From an uncultured Synergistaceae bacterium (GTDB lineage Bacteria; Synergistota; Synergistia; Synergistales; Aminobacteriaceae), in contig CAYZZX010000002.1 in the NCBI GenBank assembly GCA_964483085.1, forward strand, positions 898-64,897: a stretch of 64,000 nucleotides of DNA. Direction: 5' to 3'. Below, piece by piece: positions 36,197 through 44,525 of the stretch. The position numbers were made by a program, and so were the translations under genes. Within the stretch, counting starts at the first letter, position 1. Each line of letters opens with the position of its first letter. The notes below the pieces were generated by a model. The model did not search any database. It saw only the letters and a list, made by a program, of their open reading frames with translations, and was not told where the DNA came from.

Positions 36197-36754
36197 ATGT
36201 CCTTTTACAAGACCCTTCTCGCCGCAGGTTTCGGTGGTCAGGGCGTCATGGTGCTGGGGCAGCTCGCGGCATACACGGGCATTGAAGAGGGGCGCTACGT
36301 CACCTGGATTCCCTCCTACGGACCGGAGATGCGGGGCGGAACGGCAAACTGCGGAGTGGTCCTCTCCGAAGAGGAGATCGGATCCCCTGTGGTGGATAGC
36401 GCCGACGTACTGGTCATAATGAACCAGCCGTCTCTGTCGAAGTTTCTCGACAGAGTAAAAAAGGGAGGAATCCTCGTCTTCAACAGCGATCTTGTGGAGT
36501 ATGACGGCTCTCGTCCCGATGTCACAGCCATAGGCGTCCCCGCATCCCAGGTCGCCCTCGAACTGGGCAGCGATAAAATCGCCAATATAATCATCCTCGG
36601 AGCAGTAGTGGAATCAAGCGGCATCGTTGACGCGAAGGTATGCGTGGAGACCATCAAGGAAAAACTCGGAAAGAGGAAGCCAAAATTCCTTCCCATGAAC
36701 CTCGAGGCCTTTGAGAGAGGTAAGAAAATCGCCAGGGAAGCCCTCTCACAATAG
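36197..36754 (+). CDS. korG: 2-oxoacid:ferredoxin oxidoreductase gamma subunit
   Basis: ATG 36197 follows gggggagga; the track start at 36155 lies inside korB. The N-terminus LLAAGFGGQGVMVLGQ and the motif SYGPEMRGGTANC are typical of gamma subunits. Confidence 0.88.
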   Translation: MSFYKTLLAAGFGGQGVMVLGQLAAYTGIEEGRYVTWIPSYGPEMRGGTANCGVVLSEEEIGSPVVDSADVLVIMNQPSLSKFLDRVKKGGILVFNSDLVEYDGSRPDVTAIGVPASQVALELGSDKIANIIILGAVVESSGIVDAKVCVETIKEKLGKRKPKFLPMNLEAFERGKKIAREALSQ

Positions 36755-36771
36755 ATATCGAGAGGGAATGC

Positions 36772-37305
36772 ATGGACCGCACCGAAAAAACAGTCTCGTC
36801 CCATAGGGCCTATCAGGGAAAAATACTGAACCTTCGGATCGACAATATCCTGACTCCCTCTGGAAAAAAGGCGATTCGGGAAGTCGTTGAACACGATCCG
36901 GCAGTAGCGGTACTCCCGATCACTTCCGACGGGTCAGTGCTGCTGATAAGGCAGTTCCGGTATGCTCTGGGTCAGGACATCCTCGAGATCCCCGCGGGAC
37001 TCGTCGACGAGGGGGAGGATTTTCCCTCCGCCGCAAGAAGAGAGCTTCAGGAGGAGATCGGATACTATCCGGGAACTCTCGAGGAGATCGGCAGAATGTA
37101 CAATTCTCCCGGGTTTTGCACGGAACTGCTCGTCCTCTACCTCGCGTCCGATCTGCGGCTCTCGAAGCTCGATCAGGACGACGACGAGTTCATAGAGACC
37201 GTTTCCGTGCCCGCCGAAGAGATAGCATCCCTTCTTACGGACGGAAAGATCATCGACGGAAAAACTTTTTCGGCTCTTTCGTGGTATCTCGCCTTTCGGG
37301 CATAG
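36772..37305 (+). CDS. nudF: ADP-ribose pyrophosphatase (NUDIX)
   Basis: 177-aa ORF. The NUDIX box is LEIPAGLVDEGEDFPSAARRELQEEIGY, and the N-terminal YQGKILNLRIDNI is typical of NudF. Confidence 0.8.
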   Translation: MDRTEKTVSSHRAYQGKILNLRIDNILTPSGKKAIREVVEHDPAVAVLPITSDGSVLLIRQFRYALGQDILEIPAGLVDEGEDFPSAARRELQEEIGYYPGTLEEIGRMYNSPGFCTELLVLYLASDLRLSKLDQDDDEFIETVSVPAEEIASLLTDGKIIDGKTFSALSWYLAFRA

Positions 37306-37342
37306 AGAAGCAATCTGACCGAAATATAAATTCAGCCTTGCA

Positions 37343-37369
37343 GGGACCGGTGCTTCCGGTCCCTTTTTT
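37343..37369 (+). terminator. Rho-independent terminator after nudF
   Basis: Stem gggaccgg (37343-37350) pairs with ccggtccc (37356-37363), followed by a T6 run. Confidence 0.8.
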
Positions 37370-37388
37370 GTGATATCATGTAACTATT

Positions 37389-38285
37389 ATGGAATTATGG
37401 GACATCGATTCAGCCATCAAAAGCTTTTCATCCTATCTTCTGTACGAAAGAGGCCTGAGTTCCAACACGGCCTCTGCCTACAGCTCTGACCTTCGGGAAT
37501 GGAAGGCCTTCTGCGACTCTCTTCATGAACCGGCCTTTCCTCCTACGGAAAACCTCGTTCATCGTTTTCAGGAGCACCTTACCCGGGGTCCGAAGAGCAA
37601 AGCCTCCCGGCAGCGCACTATGGCGGCCATGCGCTCCTGGATGCGTTTTCTGACCGTCGAGGAGGCACTCTCCACCGACTTTCGCCTTCCCTCCCTCCCT
37701 TCAAAAGAGAAGCGCCTTCCTCAAATTCTCAGCGAGGGGGAAGTGGAGCGGCTGCTTTACGGCTGTTCGGGCAGCACCCCTCTCGAACTGCGGGACCGGG
37801 CTCTCTTTGAGACGGCCTACGGGTGCGGCCTCCGGGCGAGCGAGCTTTGTACCCTTGAGGTCAACAGTGTCGACTTCTCCTCCCGGTCTGTGCGGGTCAT
37901 GGGAAAGGGGCAGAAGGAGCGGATGGTCCCCTTTCTCGGAGAGGCCGCCCTTCGAATGAAAAAATATCTTGACGAAGGGCGTCCCCTGCTTTTAAAAGAA
38001 AGCAGCGAGCAGGCTCTTTTTCTCTCACGGAACGGACGGCAGCTCAATCGGGAGGATGTCTGGCGTCTTATTAAAAAAAGAGGAGCTGAAGCGGGGCTCT
38101 CTCCCTCCCGGCTCTACCCTCATATCCTGCGCCACAGTTTTGCCACCCACCTTCTTCGCCGGGGGATGGACCAGCGAACTCTCCAGGAGATCCTCGGCCA
38201 TTCCTCTATCGCCACCACGGAAAAATACCTGCACTTTGACCTCGAGCTCCGGGACGTTTATGATATGGCTCATCCCCGGGCGTAA
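37389..38285 (+). CDS. xerD: Tyrosine recombinase XerD/XerC (chromosome dimer resolution type)
   Basis: 298-aa ORF. The N-terminal SAM-like domain reads YLLYERGLSSNTASAYSSDLREW. The catalytic residues are ...GLRASEL..., HILRHSFATHLL, GHSSIATTEKY. No flanking phage or element genes are present. The choice between XerD and XerC is uncertain. Confidence 0.8.
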   Translation: MELWDIDSAIKSFSSYLLYERGLSSNTASAYSSDLREWKAFCDSLHEPAFPPTENLVHRFQEHLTRGPKSKASRQRTMAAMRSWMRFLTVEEALSTDFRLPSLPSKEKRLPQILSEGEVERLLYGCSGSTPLELRDRALFETAYGCGLRASELCTLEVNSVDFSSRSVRVMGKGQKERMVPFLGEAALRMKKYLDEGRPLLLKESSEQALFLSRNGRQLNREDVWRLIKKRGAEAGLSPSRLYPHILRHSFATHLLRRGMDQRTLQEILGHSSIATTEKYLHFDLELRDVYDMAHPRA

Positions 38286-38318
38286 AACGCCCCAGAGAAA
38301 AGGACGTGAAAATTTCCC

Positions 38319-39146
38319 ATGCAGAATAAAGTATCTGAAGGTATCGCCTTTCTTTCGGCGCTGGTGAAAAATCCTCCCGCCGCCCTTGTGGTCCTCGGCT
38401 CAGGATTGGGATCCTTCGCCGACTCCCTCGAGAATGTAACGGTCATCCCCTACGGGGACATTCCCCACTGGCCCGTCTCCACCGCGCCGGGACATGCCGG
38501 AAGGCTGGTCTTCGGAACCCTCGGTGGTCTGCCCCTTGCGGTCATGCAGGGACGGGTTCACTACTACGAAGGGTACTCCATGGAAGAACTGATCTACCCC
38601 GTGCGGGTCTTCGGCCAGTGGGGAACGAAAATCTACATGGCCACCAATGCCGTGGGCGGCGTGGACCAGGCTCTCTCACCGGGTGACTTGGTGCTGCTGA
38701 CGGACCATATTAATTTCATGGGAGTGAACCCCCTCCGCGGGCCGGATACCCCCTCATGGAACCCCCGCTTCCCAGACATGACCACCTGCTACTGCGAGGA
38801 GCTGGCGAAGGCTGCCGAAGGGGCAGCTCGAGAGCTCTCCATCCCCCTGAAAAAAGGGGTGTACATCGCCTTTTCCGGCCCCTCTTTCGAGACACCGGCG
38901 GAAATTCGCATGGCCCGGACCCTCGGTGCCTCTGTGGTGGGAATGTCCACCGTGCCCGAAGTGATCGCGGCCAACGCCATGGGAATGAAGGTCTGCGCTG
39001 TCTCCTGTGTGGCGAACTACGCTGCGGGGATCACCCGCGACTCCCTCAGCGGCGACGAAGTTATCCGTGAGATGGGAAAGGCTTCAGGAAAACTCATCTC
39101 TCTTCTGACTGGTTTTTTCAAGGAGGTCAGCCGGACGAATGTTTGA
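38319..39146 (+). CDS. punA: Purine nucleoside phosphorylase (trimeric PNP/MTAP family, PunA-like)
   Basis: 275-aa ORF with GHAGRLVFGTLGG, MQGRVHYYEGY, FSGPSFETPAEIRMARTLGASVVGMSTVPE and VANYAAG. Confidence 0.88.
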   Translation: MQNKVSEGIAFLSALVKNPPAALVVLGSGLGSFADSLENVTVIPYGDIPHWPVSTAPGHAGRLVFGTLGGLPLAVMQGRVHYYEGYSMEELIYPVRVFGQWGTKIYMATNAVGGVDQALSPGDLVLLTDHINFMGVNPLRGPDTPSWNPRFPDMTTCYCEELAKAAEGAARELSIPLKKGVYIAFSGPSFETPAEIRMARTLGASVVGMSTVPEVIAANAMGMKVCAVSCVANYAAGITRDSLSGDEVIREMGKASGKLISLLTGFFKEVSRTNV

Positions 39147-40455
39147 TATGCTCTCCTTCATCGAGTTGAAGCGAGAGGGAGGCGAGGCATCCTCAGCAGA
39201 AATACGCTCCTTCGTAGAAGAGTTTTCCTCGGGGCGGATTCCCGACTACCAGGCTGCTTCATGGCTTATGGCAGTCTGTTTCAACGGCCTCTCCGAGGCC
39301 GAGCTGAGAGAATTCACCCTCGCCCTCGCCGACTCGGGAAACAAAATCTCCTTCGGGAAGGATATTTTTCTCGTGGATAAGCACAGTACCGGAGGAGTGG
39401 GGGACAAAATCACCCTCATCCTGGTCCCCCTTGCTGCGGCCTGCGGCCTCTCCGTGGCCAAACTCTCCGGCCCCGGCCTCGGTTTTACGGGGGGAACTGT
39501 GGACAAGCTGGCTGCCCTCCCCGGTTTCCGCACCCATCTGACATCTGAAGAGTTTCGAGAACAGGTGAAGCGGATAGGGTGCGCCGTCTCGGGCCATTCG
39601 GAGGACCTCGCTCCCGCGGAGGGGAAGTTTTATTCCCTCCGGGATGTGACGGGGACAGTCCCCTCCCTTCCCCTGATCTGCAGCAGCATCGTGAGCAAAA
39701 AGATCGCCGGCGGCGCCGACGCCTTTGTCTTCGACGTCAAGTGCGGCAAGGGTGCTTTCATGAAGACCCGGGGCGAGGCAAAGGCCCTTGCAGAGGCCCT
39801 TGTCTCCCTCTCCCGCTCCCTCGGAAAGAAGAGCGCCGCCCTCGTGACGGCTATGGATCAGCCCCTGGGGGAGTGGATCGGAAACGCTGCTGAAGTTATC
39901 GAGGCAGTGGATGTCCTTCAGGGAGGGGGACCGGCGGACGTCCGCGAACTCTCCGTGAAGCTTGCTGGGAGAATGGTCGCTCTGGCGGGGCTGGGGACCG
40001 CAGAAGAGGGGGAGCGCCTTGCTGAGGTAAAGCTTTCCGGCGGAATGGCCCTCGAAAAATTCAAGGAGTTCCTTCAGGCCCAGGGCGGTCCTGCAGAGGC
40101 CGCGGAAGACCCCCGGTCAGTTCTTCCCCTGGCCGCCGGGATCATGGTTCTCAGAGCAGAAAAAGAGGGTACAGTAGAATCCGTCGATGCCCGGGCGATA
40201 GGTGAGGGAGTGAAACGCCTCGGCGGAGGACGACAGTCCCTCGATGAAGTTCTCGATCTTTCCGTCGGCGTCCGCCTGTGCCGCAAGAATGGAGAGAGCG
40301 CACAGAAGGGAGAGCCTCTTCTGGAGATACGCTATTCTTCTGAGAAGAAGCTTCAGGAGGCCCTTCCCTGGTTCAGCCGGGCATTTGTTCTTTCCGGGAA
40401 ATGCGATAAAAAAAGCTCTGCTGAAAGGAGCATCGTTCTTGAAACTATTGAATGA
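39139..40455 (+). CDS. pdp: Pyrimidine-nucleoside (thymidine) phosphorylase
   Basis: 438-aa ORF with QAASWLMAVCFNGL, VDKHSTGGVGDKITLILVPLAAA, SGPGLGFTGGTVDKL and the C-terminal PYNP domain. Confidence 0.9.
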   Translation: MFDMLSFIELKREGGEASSAEIRSFVEEFSSGRIPDYQAASWLMAVCFNGLSEAELREFTLALADSGNKISFGKDIFLVDKHSTGGVGDKITLILVPLAAACGLSVAKLSGPGLGFTGGTVDKLAALPGFRTHLTSEEFREQVKRIGCAVSGHSEDLAPAEGKFYSLRDVTGTVPSLPLICSSIVSKKIAGGADAFVFDVKCGKGAFMKTRGEAKALAEALVSLSRSLGKKSAALVTAMDQPLGEWIGNAAEVIEAVDVLQGGGPADVRELSVKLAGRMVALAGLGTAEEGERLAEVKLSGGMALEKFKEFLQAQGGPAEAAEDPRSVLPLAAGIMVLRAEKEGTVESVDARAIGEGVKRLGGGRQSLDEVLDLSVGVRLCRKNGESAQKGEPLLEIRYSSEKKLQEALPWFSRAFVLSGKCDKKSSAERSIVLETIE

Positions 40456-41383
40456 CATAAGAAGAAACTTATTTTCCCTTACCGCGGCCGTGGTGCTGCT
40501 GCTGTACTTCCCCTGCCTCGCGGCAGCCTTTGTGAACCTGCAATATCCGTCATCCGCGGGAATTGGGAAGCCCTTCGCCGTTCGCCTCACCACTCCAGAG
40601 GTTCTTGAGGAGGCGTCGGTGGAGTGGCAGGGAAGGACCGTTCCCCTCGCAATCTCTCAGTGGAGCGGCAAACACATTGCCCTTGGGCTCTTCGGAAGCT
40701 CCGTTGCGAAGACGAAACCGGGCGTTCACACGATGATCCTTCACCTCAAGACCCCCGCTGGCCGAACGCGCCGGTCTGTCTACATCCGTCTCCGGGCTCT
40801 GAAGTACAAGGAGGATCATCTCACCCTTCCCGAGAAGATGGTGACCCCTCCTGCGGATGTACTGGCAAAAATCGCGGAAGACCGAATGGCGACATCTAAA
40901 GCCCTTTCCACCCAGACCCTCTCCCGGGAATGGGGGCTGCCCCTTTTACGTCCCGTGAACGGCATAGTCACGAGCCCCTACGGGCGGCGGCGGATTCTCA
41001 ACGGCAAGCCGAGAAACCCCCATGGAGGAATAGACTACCGCGCGGCAGTGGGCACTCCCATCAAAGCGGCTCTCCCGGGAAGAGTGATTCTCACGGGAGA
41101 TCATTATTACGCCGGCAAGAGCGTCTATGTGGACTCGGGAGGCGGAGTCATCTCCCATTATTTTCATCTGAGCAGCATCTCGGTGAAGGAAGGCGAGCGC
41201 ATCTCTGCCGGACAGAAGATCGGGGAGAGCGGCATGACCGGAAGGGCGACGGGCCCTCACCTTCACTTCGGTCTTTCCCTCTCGGGACAGATGGTGGACC
41301 CCGAGCCTCTGTACTCTCTCACCATCGCAGAGCTCCTCGACCAGGGCGTCTTTCTCCGCATCGAGACAAAGGGGGGGCAGTGA
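40448..41383 (+). CDS. Secreted M23-family metallopeptidase
   Basis: The track ORF begins at 40244 inside pdp. TTG 40448 gives a clean signal peptide (NDIRRNLFSLTAAVVLLLYFPCLAAA). M23 motifs are present: HGGIDYRAAVGTPIKA and GESGMTGRATGPHLHFGL. Confidence 0.83.
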   Translation: MNDIRRNLFSLTAAVVLLLYFPCLAAAFVNLQYPSSAGIGKPFAVRLTTPEVLEEASVEWQGRTVPLAISQWSGKHIALGLFGSSVAKTKPGVHTMILHLKTPAGRTRRSVYIRLRALKYKEDHLTLPEKMVTPPADVLAKIAEDRMATSKALSTQTLSREWGLPLLRPVNGIVTSPYGRRRILNGKPRNPHGGIDYRAAVGTPIKAALPGRVILTGDHYYAGKSVYVDSGGGVISHYFHLSSISVKEGERISAGQKIGESGMTGRATGPHLHFGLSLSGQMVDPEPLYSLTIAELLDQGVFLRIETKGGQ

Positions 41384-41387
41384 GAGC

Positions 41388-41861
41388 ATGAATGAAAAGT
41401 GTTCCTTCCCCGCCCAGTATGTTTTCGCCTTTCTCTTTCATCAGGATGAGGTGCTTCTCGTGAAGCGCCTCGGGCCTCCCTGGTGCGGCACAGTCACAGT
41501 TCCCGGGGGTAAAAAGAAACCCGGGGAAACGCCGCTGGAGGCCTGTGTCCGGGAGATGCGTGAGGAAACCGGTCTTGAAGCATTGTCCCTCCGGCTTCGA
41601 GGCATCGCCCATATCACATCCGATAATAAAGAGGCCACCGCATGGTATTTTTCTTCCGCCCTTACCGAAGGAAAGCTGCGGGGAAGTGAGGAGGGCCTTC
41701 CCTTCTGGACGGGAAGAAGGGAGAGCCTTGAGATCAGCGGGATAAACCCCTTCTACAAGCTCCTCGCTCCCAGAATACTGGACGAAAGGACGCCCCTCTT
41801 CGAGGCAAAAATCTCCTCGAACGATGCCAGTATACTCGCTTCGTCCTTCGCAGATCTATGA
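41388..41861 (+). CDS. NUDIX hydrolase (MutT-like)
   Basis: 157-aa ORF with the NUDIX box GGKKKPGETPLEACVREMREETGL. Confidence 0.8.
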   Translation: MNEKCSFPAQYVFAFLFHQDEVLLVKRLGPPWCGTVTVPGGKKKPGETPLEACVREMREETGLEALSLRLRGIAHITSDNKEATAWYFSSALTEGKLRGSEEGLPFWTGRRESLEISGINPFYKLLAPRILDERTPLFEAKISSNDASILASSFADL

Positions 41862-42562
41862 AAGAGGGAGGACCCTTCATGAACATTCGACTTCTGTCTC
41901 TCCTGGTGCTTTTCCTCCTCCCGGCCTTTCCTGCGACGGCAGAACCCCTTCAGGAGGCGTATATCCCTCTCTTCGCGAAATATTTCAGCGAAAAAATCCC
42001 CTCGAAAAGTATTCTTCCCGTAATAGACGGAACGGAAGAGGAGCTTCGGAGCGGCAAAATCCCCCTTCTCACCCTGTGCGTCGAGGATGCCGCTGTGGAA
42101 GGGGTACTCTATGACAGGCTGCTTCTTGTTCTGAAGGATGTCCTCTTTTCCTCCGACGATCAGGGGGTGCGTCTTCACTCCTACAGCGGGTACAAACTCA
42201 CGGGCAGCATCCCGGGGGAGTCCTTCCGGGATTCCCTTGAGAAAAACATGCCCCGCTTCACCGTCACCGAACAGGAGCTACAGGACGGCACAGTCATGGT
42301 GAAGGGAGTCTATGAGCGTAAAATGACCTTCACCATCCGGGCCCTTCTCCGTCTGCGGGGAAAATATGTCATCGAAAAAAACGGAATGGCGACGATTCGT
42401 TTCGATGAATCCACAAACGACAACGCCCTGATCTCTGCAGCCGACGTCGGCCGTGCTCTGGCGAAGGCCGCGCCGGTACTCGACTTTTCATCCTTCTTTG
42501 GAAAACCCTCGGTAACCGAGGTGAGGGTTGACCACGGGATGATCTGGTTTTCTGCAAAATGA
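41858..42562 (+). CDS. Exported hypothetical protein
   Basis: 234-aa ORF whose ATG overlaps the upstream stop (ATGA). It has a signal peptide (NIRLLSLLVLFLLPAFPATA). I recognise no family. Confidence 0.7.
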   Translation: MKEGGPFMNIRLLSLLVLFLLPAFPATAEPLQEAYIPLFAKYFSEKIPSKSILPVIDGTEEELRSGKIPLLTLCVEDAAVEGVLYDRLLLVLKDVLFSSDDQGVRLHSYSGYKLTGSIPGESFRDSLEKNMPRFTVTEQELQDGTVMVKGVYERKMTFTIRALLRLRGKYVIEKNGMATIRFDESTNDNALISAADVGRALAKAAPVLDFSSFFGKPSVTEVRVDHGMIWFSAK

Positions 42563-42593
42563 AGGATTAAAGAGGGTATAAGTAAATTTTGAC

Positions 42594-42622
42594 TGGACAT
42601 TTCCCTCAGAGAGAAGTACAAT
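42594..42622 (+). promoter_or_regulatory. Candidate promoter of selC
   Basis: TGGACA (42594-42599), a 17-nt spacer, then TACAAT (42617-42622). The predicted start site lies a few nt before the tRNA 5' end. Confidence 0.5.
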
Positions 42623-42634
42623 CTCACGTCAGGT

Positions 42635-42732
42635 GGAGGCGAATGTGTCCTGGTGGGCGCCCTGGACTTCAAATCCAGAGGGAGGCAGTATAGGCTGTCT
42701 CCGGTGGGTTCGATCCCCACACGCCTCCGCCA
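42635..42732 (+). tRNA. selC: tRNA-Sec (selenocysteine, anticodon UCA), CCA encoded
   Basis: 98 nt. The anticodon arm CTGGACTTCAAATCCAG is identical to that of E. coli selC, with anticodon TCA at 42669-42671. It has a long variable arm (AGGGAGGCAGTATAGGCTGTCTCC) and the T-arm GTGGGTTCGATCCCCAC. The acceptor GGAGGCG pairs with CGCCTCC, followed by discriminator G and CCA. Confidence 0.9.
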
Positions 42733-42780
42733 AACCACGCCGTACGAAGTAGCGAGATGCCTTACTTGAGAGCATATAAG

Positions 42781-42835
42781 AAATAAAACAGAGGCCGTTC
42801 CTCTCAAGTATGAGGAGAACGGCCTCTGTTTTATT
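42781..42835. terminator. Bidirectional terminator between selC and the convergent small gene
   Basis: A 16-bp perfect stem pairs 42785-42800 (aaaacagaggccgttc) with 42817-42832 (gaacggcctctgtttt). It is flanked by an A-run on the left and a T-run on the right. Confidence 0.8.
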
Positions 42836-42873
42836 CGGGGAAAGTTTACTTCTTCCTCACTTTTGGCGCGGAT

Positions 42874-43203
42874 TTACTCGATTTCGGCCTCGCCATCTTG
42901 GTTGAGGGTAATTACGGAGATTTCCATCAGATTGAATTCCGTCCATTCAAGGGCGGTACCATCCTCATCCACTACCCGGATATCCCATAATGCAACGTCC
43001 TGGGATGCGAACGTGACTGTGAGAACCATACCGTCTTTAAGAACTTCAACATCCTTCACATCATCGCCCCAATCATCGCTGGCGGACGGAGAGATGTACA
43101 CACCGTAGATGTCAACTCCCGTTTTGTTTACGAGTTTGAAATCCTGCGGCCCGGCGAGCGCGCATGAAGCCATTACAAGTACCATTATTAAAGCTGTTAA
43201 CAT
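42874..43203 (-). CDS. Small secreted acidic protein, unknown family
   Basis: The track ORF starts at TTG 43254. ATG 43203 is preferred because the predicted promoter -10 lies at 43260-43265, so transcription would start near 43253. It has a signal peptide MLTALIMVLVMASCALAG, which may be a lipobox-like MASC. The mature part is rich in Asp, Val and Trp (FKLVNKTGVDIYGVYISPSASDDWGDD...WDIRVVDEDG). The RBS is weak. Confidence 0.65.
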   Translation of the reverse strand: MLTALIMVLVMASCALAGPQDFKLVNKTGVDIYGVYISPSASDDWGDDVKDVEVLKDGMVLTVTFASQDVALWDIRVVDEDGTALEWTEFNLMEISVITLNQDGEAEIE

Positions 43204-43259
43204 AATGTTTCTTTTCAAAGTGAAAACAGTCCCTTCAATATATGATTTTTTCAATAGGA

Positions 43260-43287
43260 ATTATACCAGAAAGCCTCCGCAAGTCAA
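43260..43287 (-). promoter_or_regulatory. Near-consensus sigma70 promoter for the small secreted protein gene
   Basis: On the minus strand: TTGACT (complement of 43282-43287), a 16-nt spacer, then TATAAT (complement of 43260-43265). Confidence 0.55.
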
Positions 43288-43405
43288 AAGCGTGAGTTTT
43301 ACAAATGTGAATAATCCTGTTGATCTTGGACCTAATTCGTCAATTACGACAATTTTCCTCCATGGTACAATAATTGCTACATACCCGTCAGGAGGTGTAC
43401 TACCC

Positions 43406-44056
43406 ATGGATTCCTGGAAACTTGATGCGGAGCAGATGGTTCGCGAACAGATCATGGCAAGGGGCATCGCCTGGAAGCCGGTACTCGAGGCCATGGGTTC
43501 CGTGCCCCGCCATCTATTTCTTGAAAAACCTCTCGACAGAAGCGCCTGGATTGACAGCCCTCTTCCCATCGGAGACGACCAGACTATCTCCCAGCCCTAC
43601 ATGGTCGCCCGGATGACGGAGCTTCTCGCTCCACAGCCGGGGGACGCCATTCTCGAGATCGGTACCGGATCGGGCTACCAGACGGCAGTACTGGCCGCCC
43701 TCGGTGCGAAGGTGACCTCCATGGAACGGATCCGGTCTCTCGCCGACCGATCAAGGGAAAAGCTCGGTGAATTGGGATATTCGGTGTCCGTCCTGTGGCA
43801 CGACGGACGGCAAAAGCCGGAAAAACCGGACCTCTTTTCAGGAGTCTTGGTCACCGCTGCCGTTGATACGCTGGTGGAGTGGTGGTCTGAAGTGCTCTTG
43901 CCGGGAGGACGGCTTGTTGCGCCCCTCAGGGTGGCCTCGGGCAGTGAGCGGCTCTTTCAGCGAATAAAACAGGCAGAGGAAGTCTTTGAGGACTCCTGGC
44001 ACGAGTACTGCCGTTTCGTACCCCTTCTCAAGGGGAGGGCCGATGGGCGTCCGTAA
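43406..44056 (+). CDS. pcm: Protein-L-isoaspartate O-methyltransferase
   Basis: ATG 43406 lies 10 nt after aggagg (43390-43395); the track ORF start at 43109 is rejected. It contains TISQPYMVARMTELL and the SAM motif ILEIGTGSGYQTAVLA. Confidence 0.9.
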   Translation: MDSWKLDAEQMVREQIMARGIAWKPVLEAMGSVPRHLFLEKPLDRSAWIDSPLPIGDDQTISQPYMVARMTELLAPQPGDAILEIGTGSGYQTAVLAALGAKVTSMERIRSLADRSREKLGELGYSVSVLWHDGRQKPEKPDLFSGVLVTAAVDTLVEWWSEVLLPGGRLVAPLRVASGSERLFQRIKQAEEVFEDSWHEYCRFVPLLKGRADGRP

Positions 44057-44516
44057 GGTCGCCCTCGCCGGAGTAATCGCCGGGGCCTACATAGCAGTGA
44101 CTTTTCTCTTCGCTCCCCTGTCATACGGCATGGTCCAGATACGGATCTCCGAGGCATTGACGCTGCTGCCGTTTCTTTTTCCCGAGGCAGTTTTAGGTCT
44201 ATTTGCAGGGTGTCTGCTTGCGAATTTTGCCGGAGGCTTCGGCCTTGCCGACGTGATCTTCGGCAGCACGGCGACCCTCGCTGCAGCAATGCTGACCGCA
44301 CGGATGCCCACGGTGTTTCTCGCAGCCCTCCCTCCCGTAGTGATTAACATGGTGGTGGTCGGGGGGTACCTTTCCGTCCTGCTGGACGTACCCCTTCTTC
44401 TCTCCATGACGTACGTCGGAGCGGGGGAGAGCATCGCCTGCTTTCTTCTCGGAATACCCCTGGTGCTCATGCTGCAGCGGAGAATGAAAAAGGGCGGGAA
44501 ATTTCCCGCCCTGTAG
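44043..44516 (+). CDS. queT: QueT-family queuosine-precursor transporter (ECF S-component-like)
   Basis: ATG 44043 overlaps the pcm 3' end by 14 nt. The 157-aa product is a polytopic protein with the QueT-like motif VQIRISEALTLLPFLFPEAVLGLFAGCLLANF. Confidence 0.78.
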   Translation: MGVRKVALAGVIAGAYIAVTFLFAPLSYGMVQIRISEALTLLPFLFPEAVLGLFAGCLLANFAGGFGLADVIFGSTATLAAAMLTARMPTVFLAALPPVVINMVVVGGYLSVLLDVPLLLSMTYVGAGESIACFLLGIPLVLMLQRRMKKGGKFPAL

Positions 44517-44525
44517 ATTTTCTTC

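Noticed and set aside
37389-38285. A tyrosine recombinase considered as a marker of an integrated mobile element.
   Set aside because: It has a housekeeping XerC/XerD-type N-terminal domain and size. It is flanked by nudF and nucleoside phosphorylase genes. No phage, transposon or conjugation genes are present, and I noticed no flanking direct repeats.
42733-43405. A genomic islet integrated at selC.
   Set aside because: There is no integrase and I noticed no repeat of the tRNA 3' end. The region holds only one small gene, and the flanking genes (pcm, queT) are core. I kept it as a low-key observation under findings rather than calling it a mobile element.
44517-44525. The convergent queT and cysS genes are separated by only 9 nt, with no terminator.
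   Set aside because: It is probably just compact genome organisation, with termination signals inside the opposing coding regions. I saw no specific structure.
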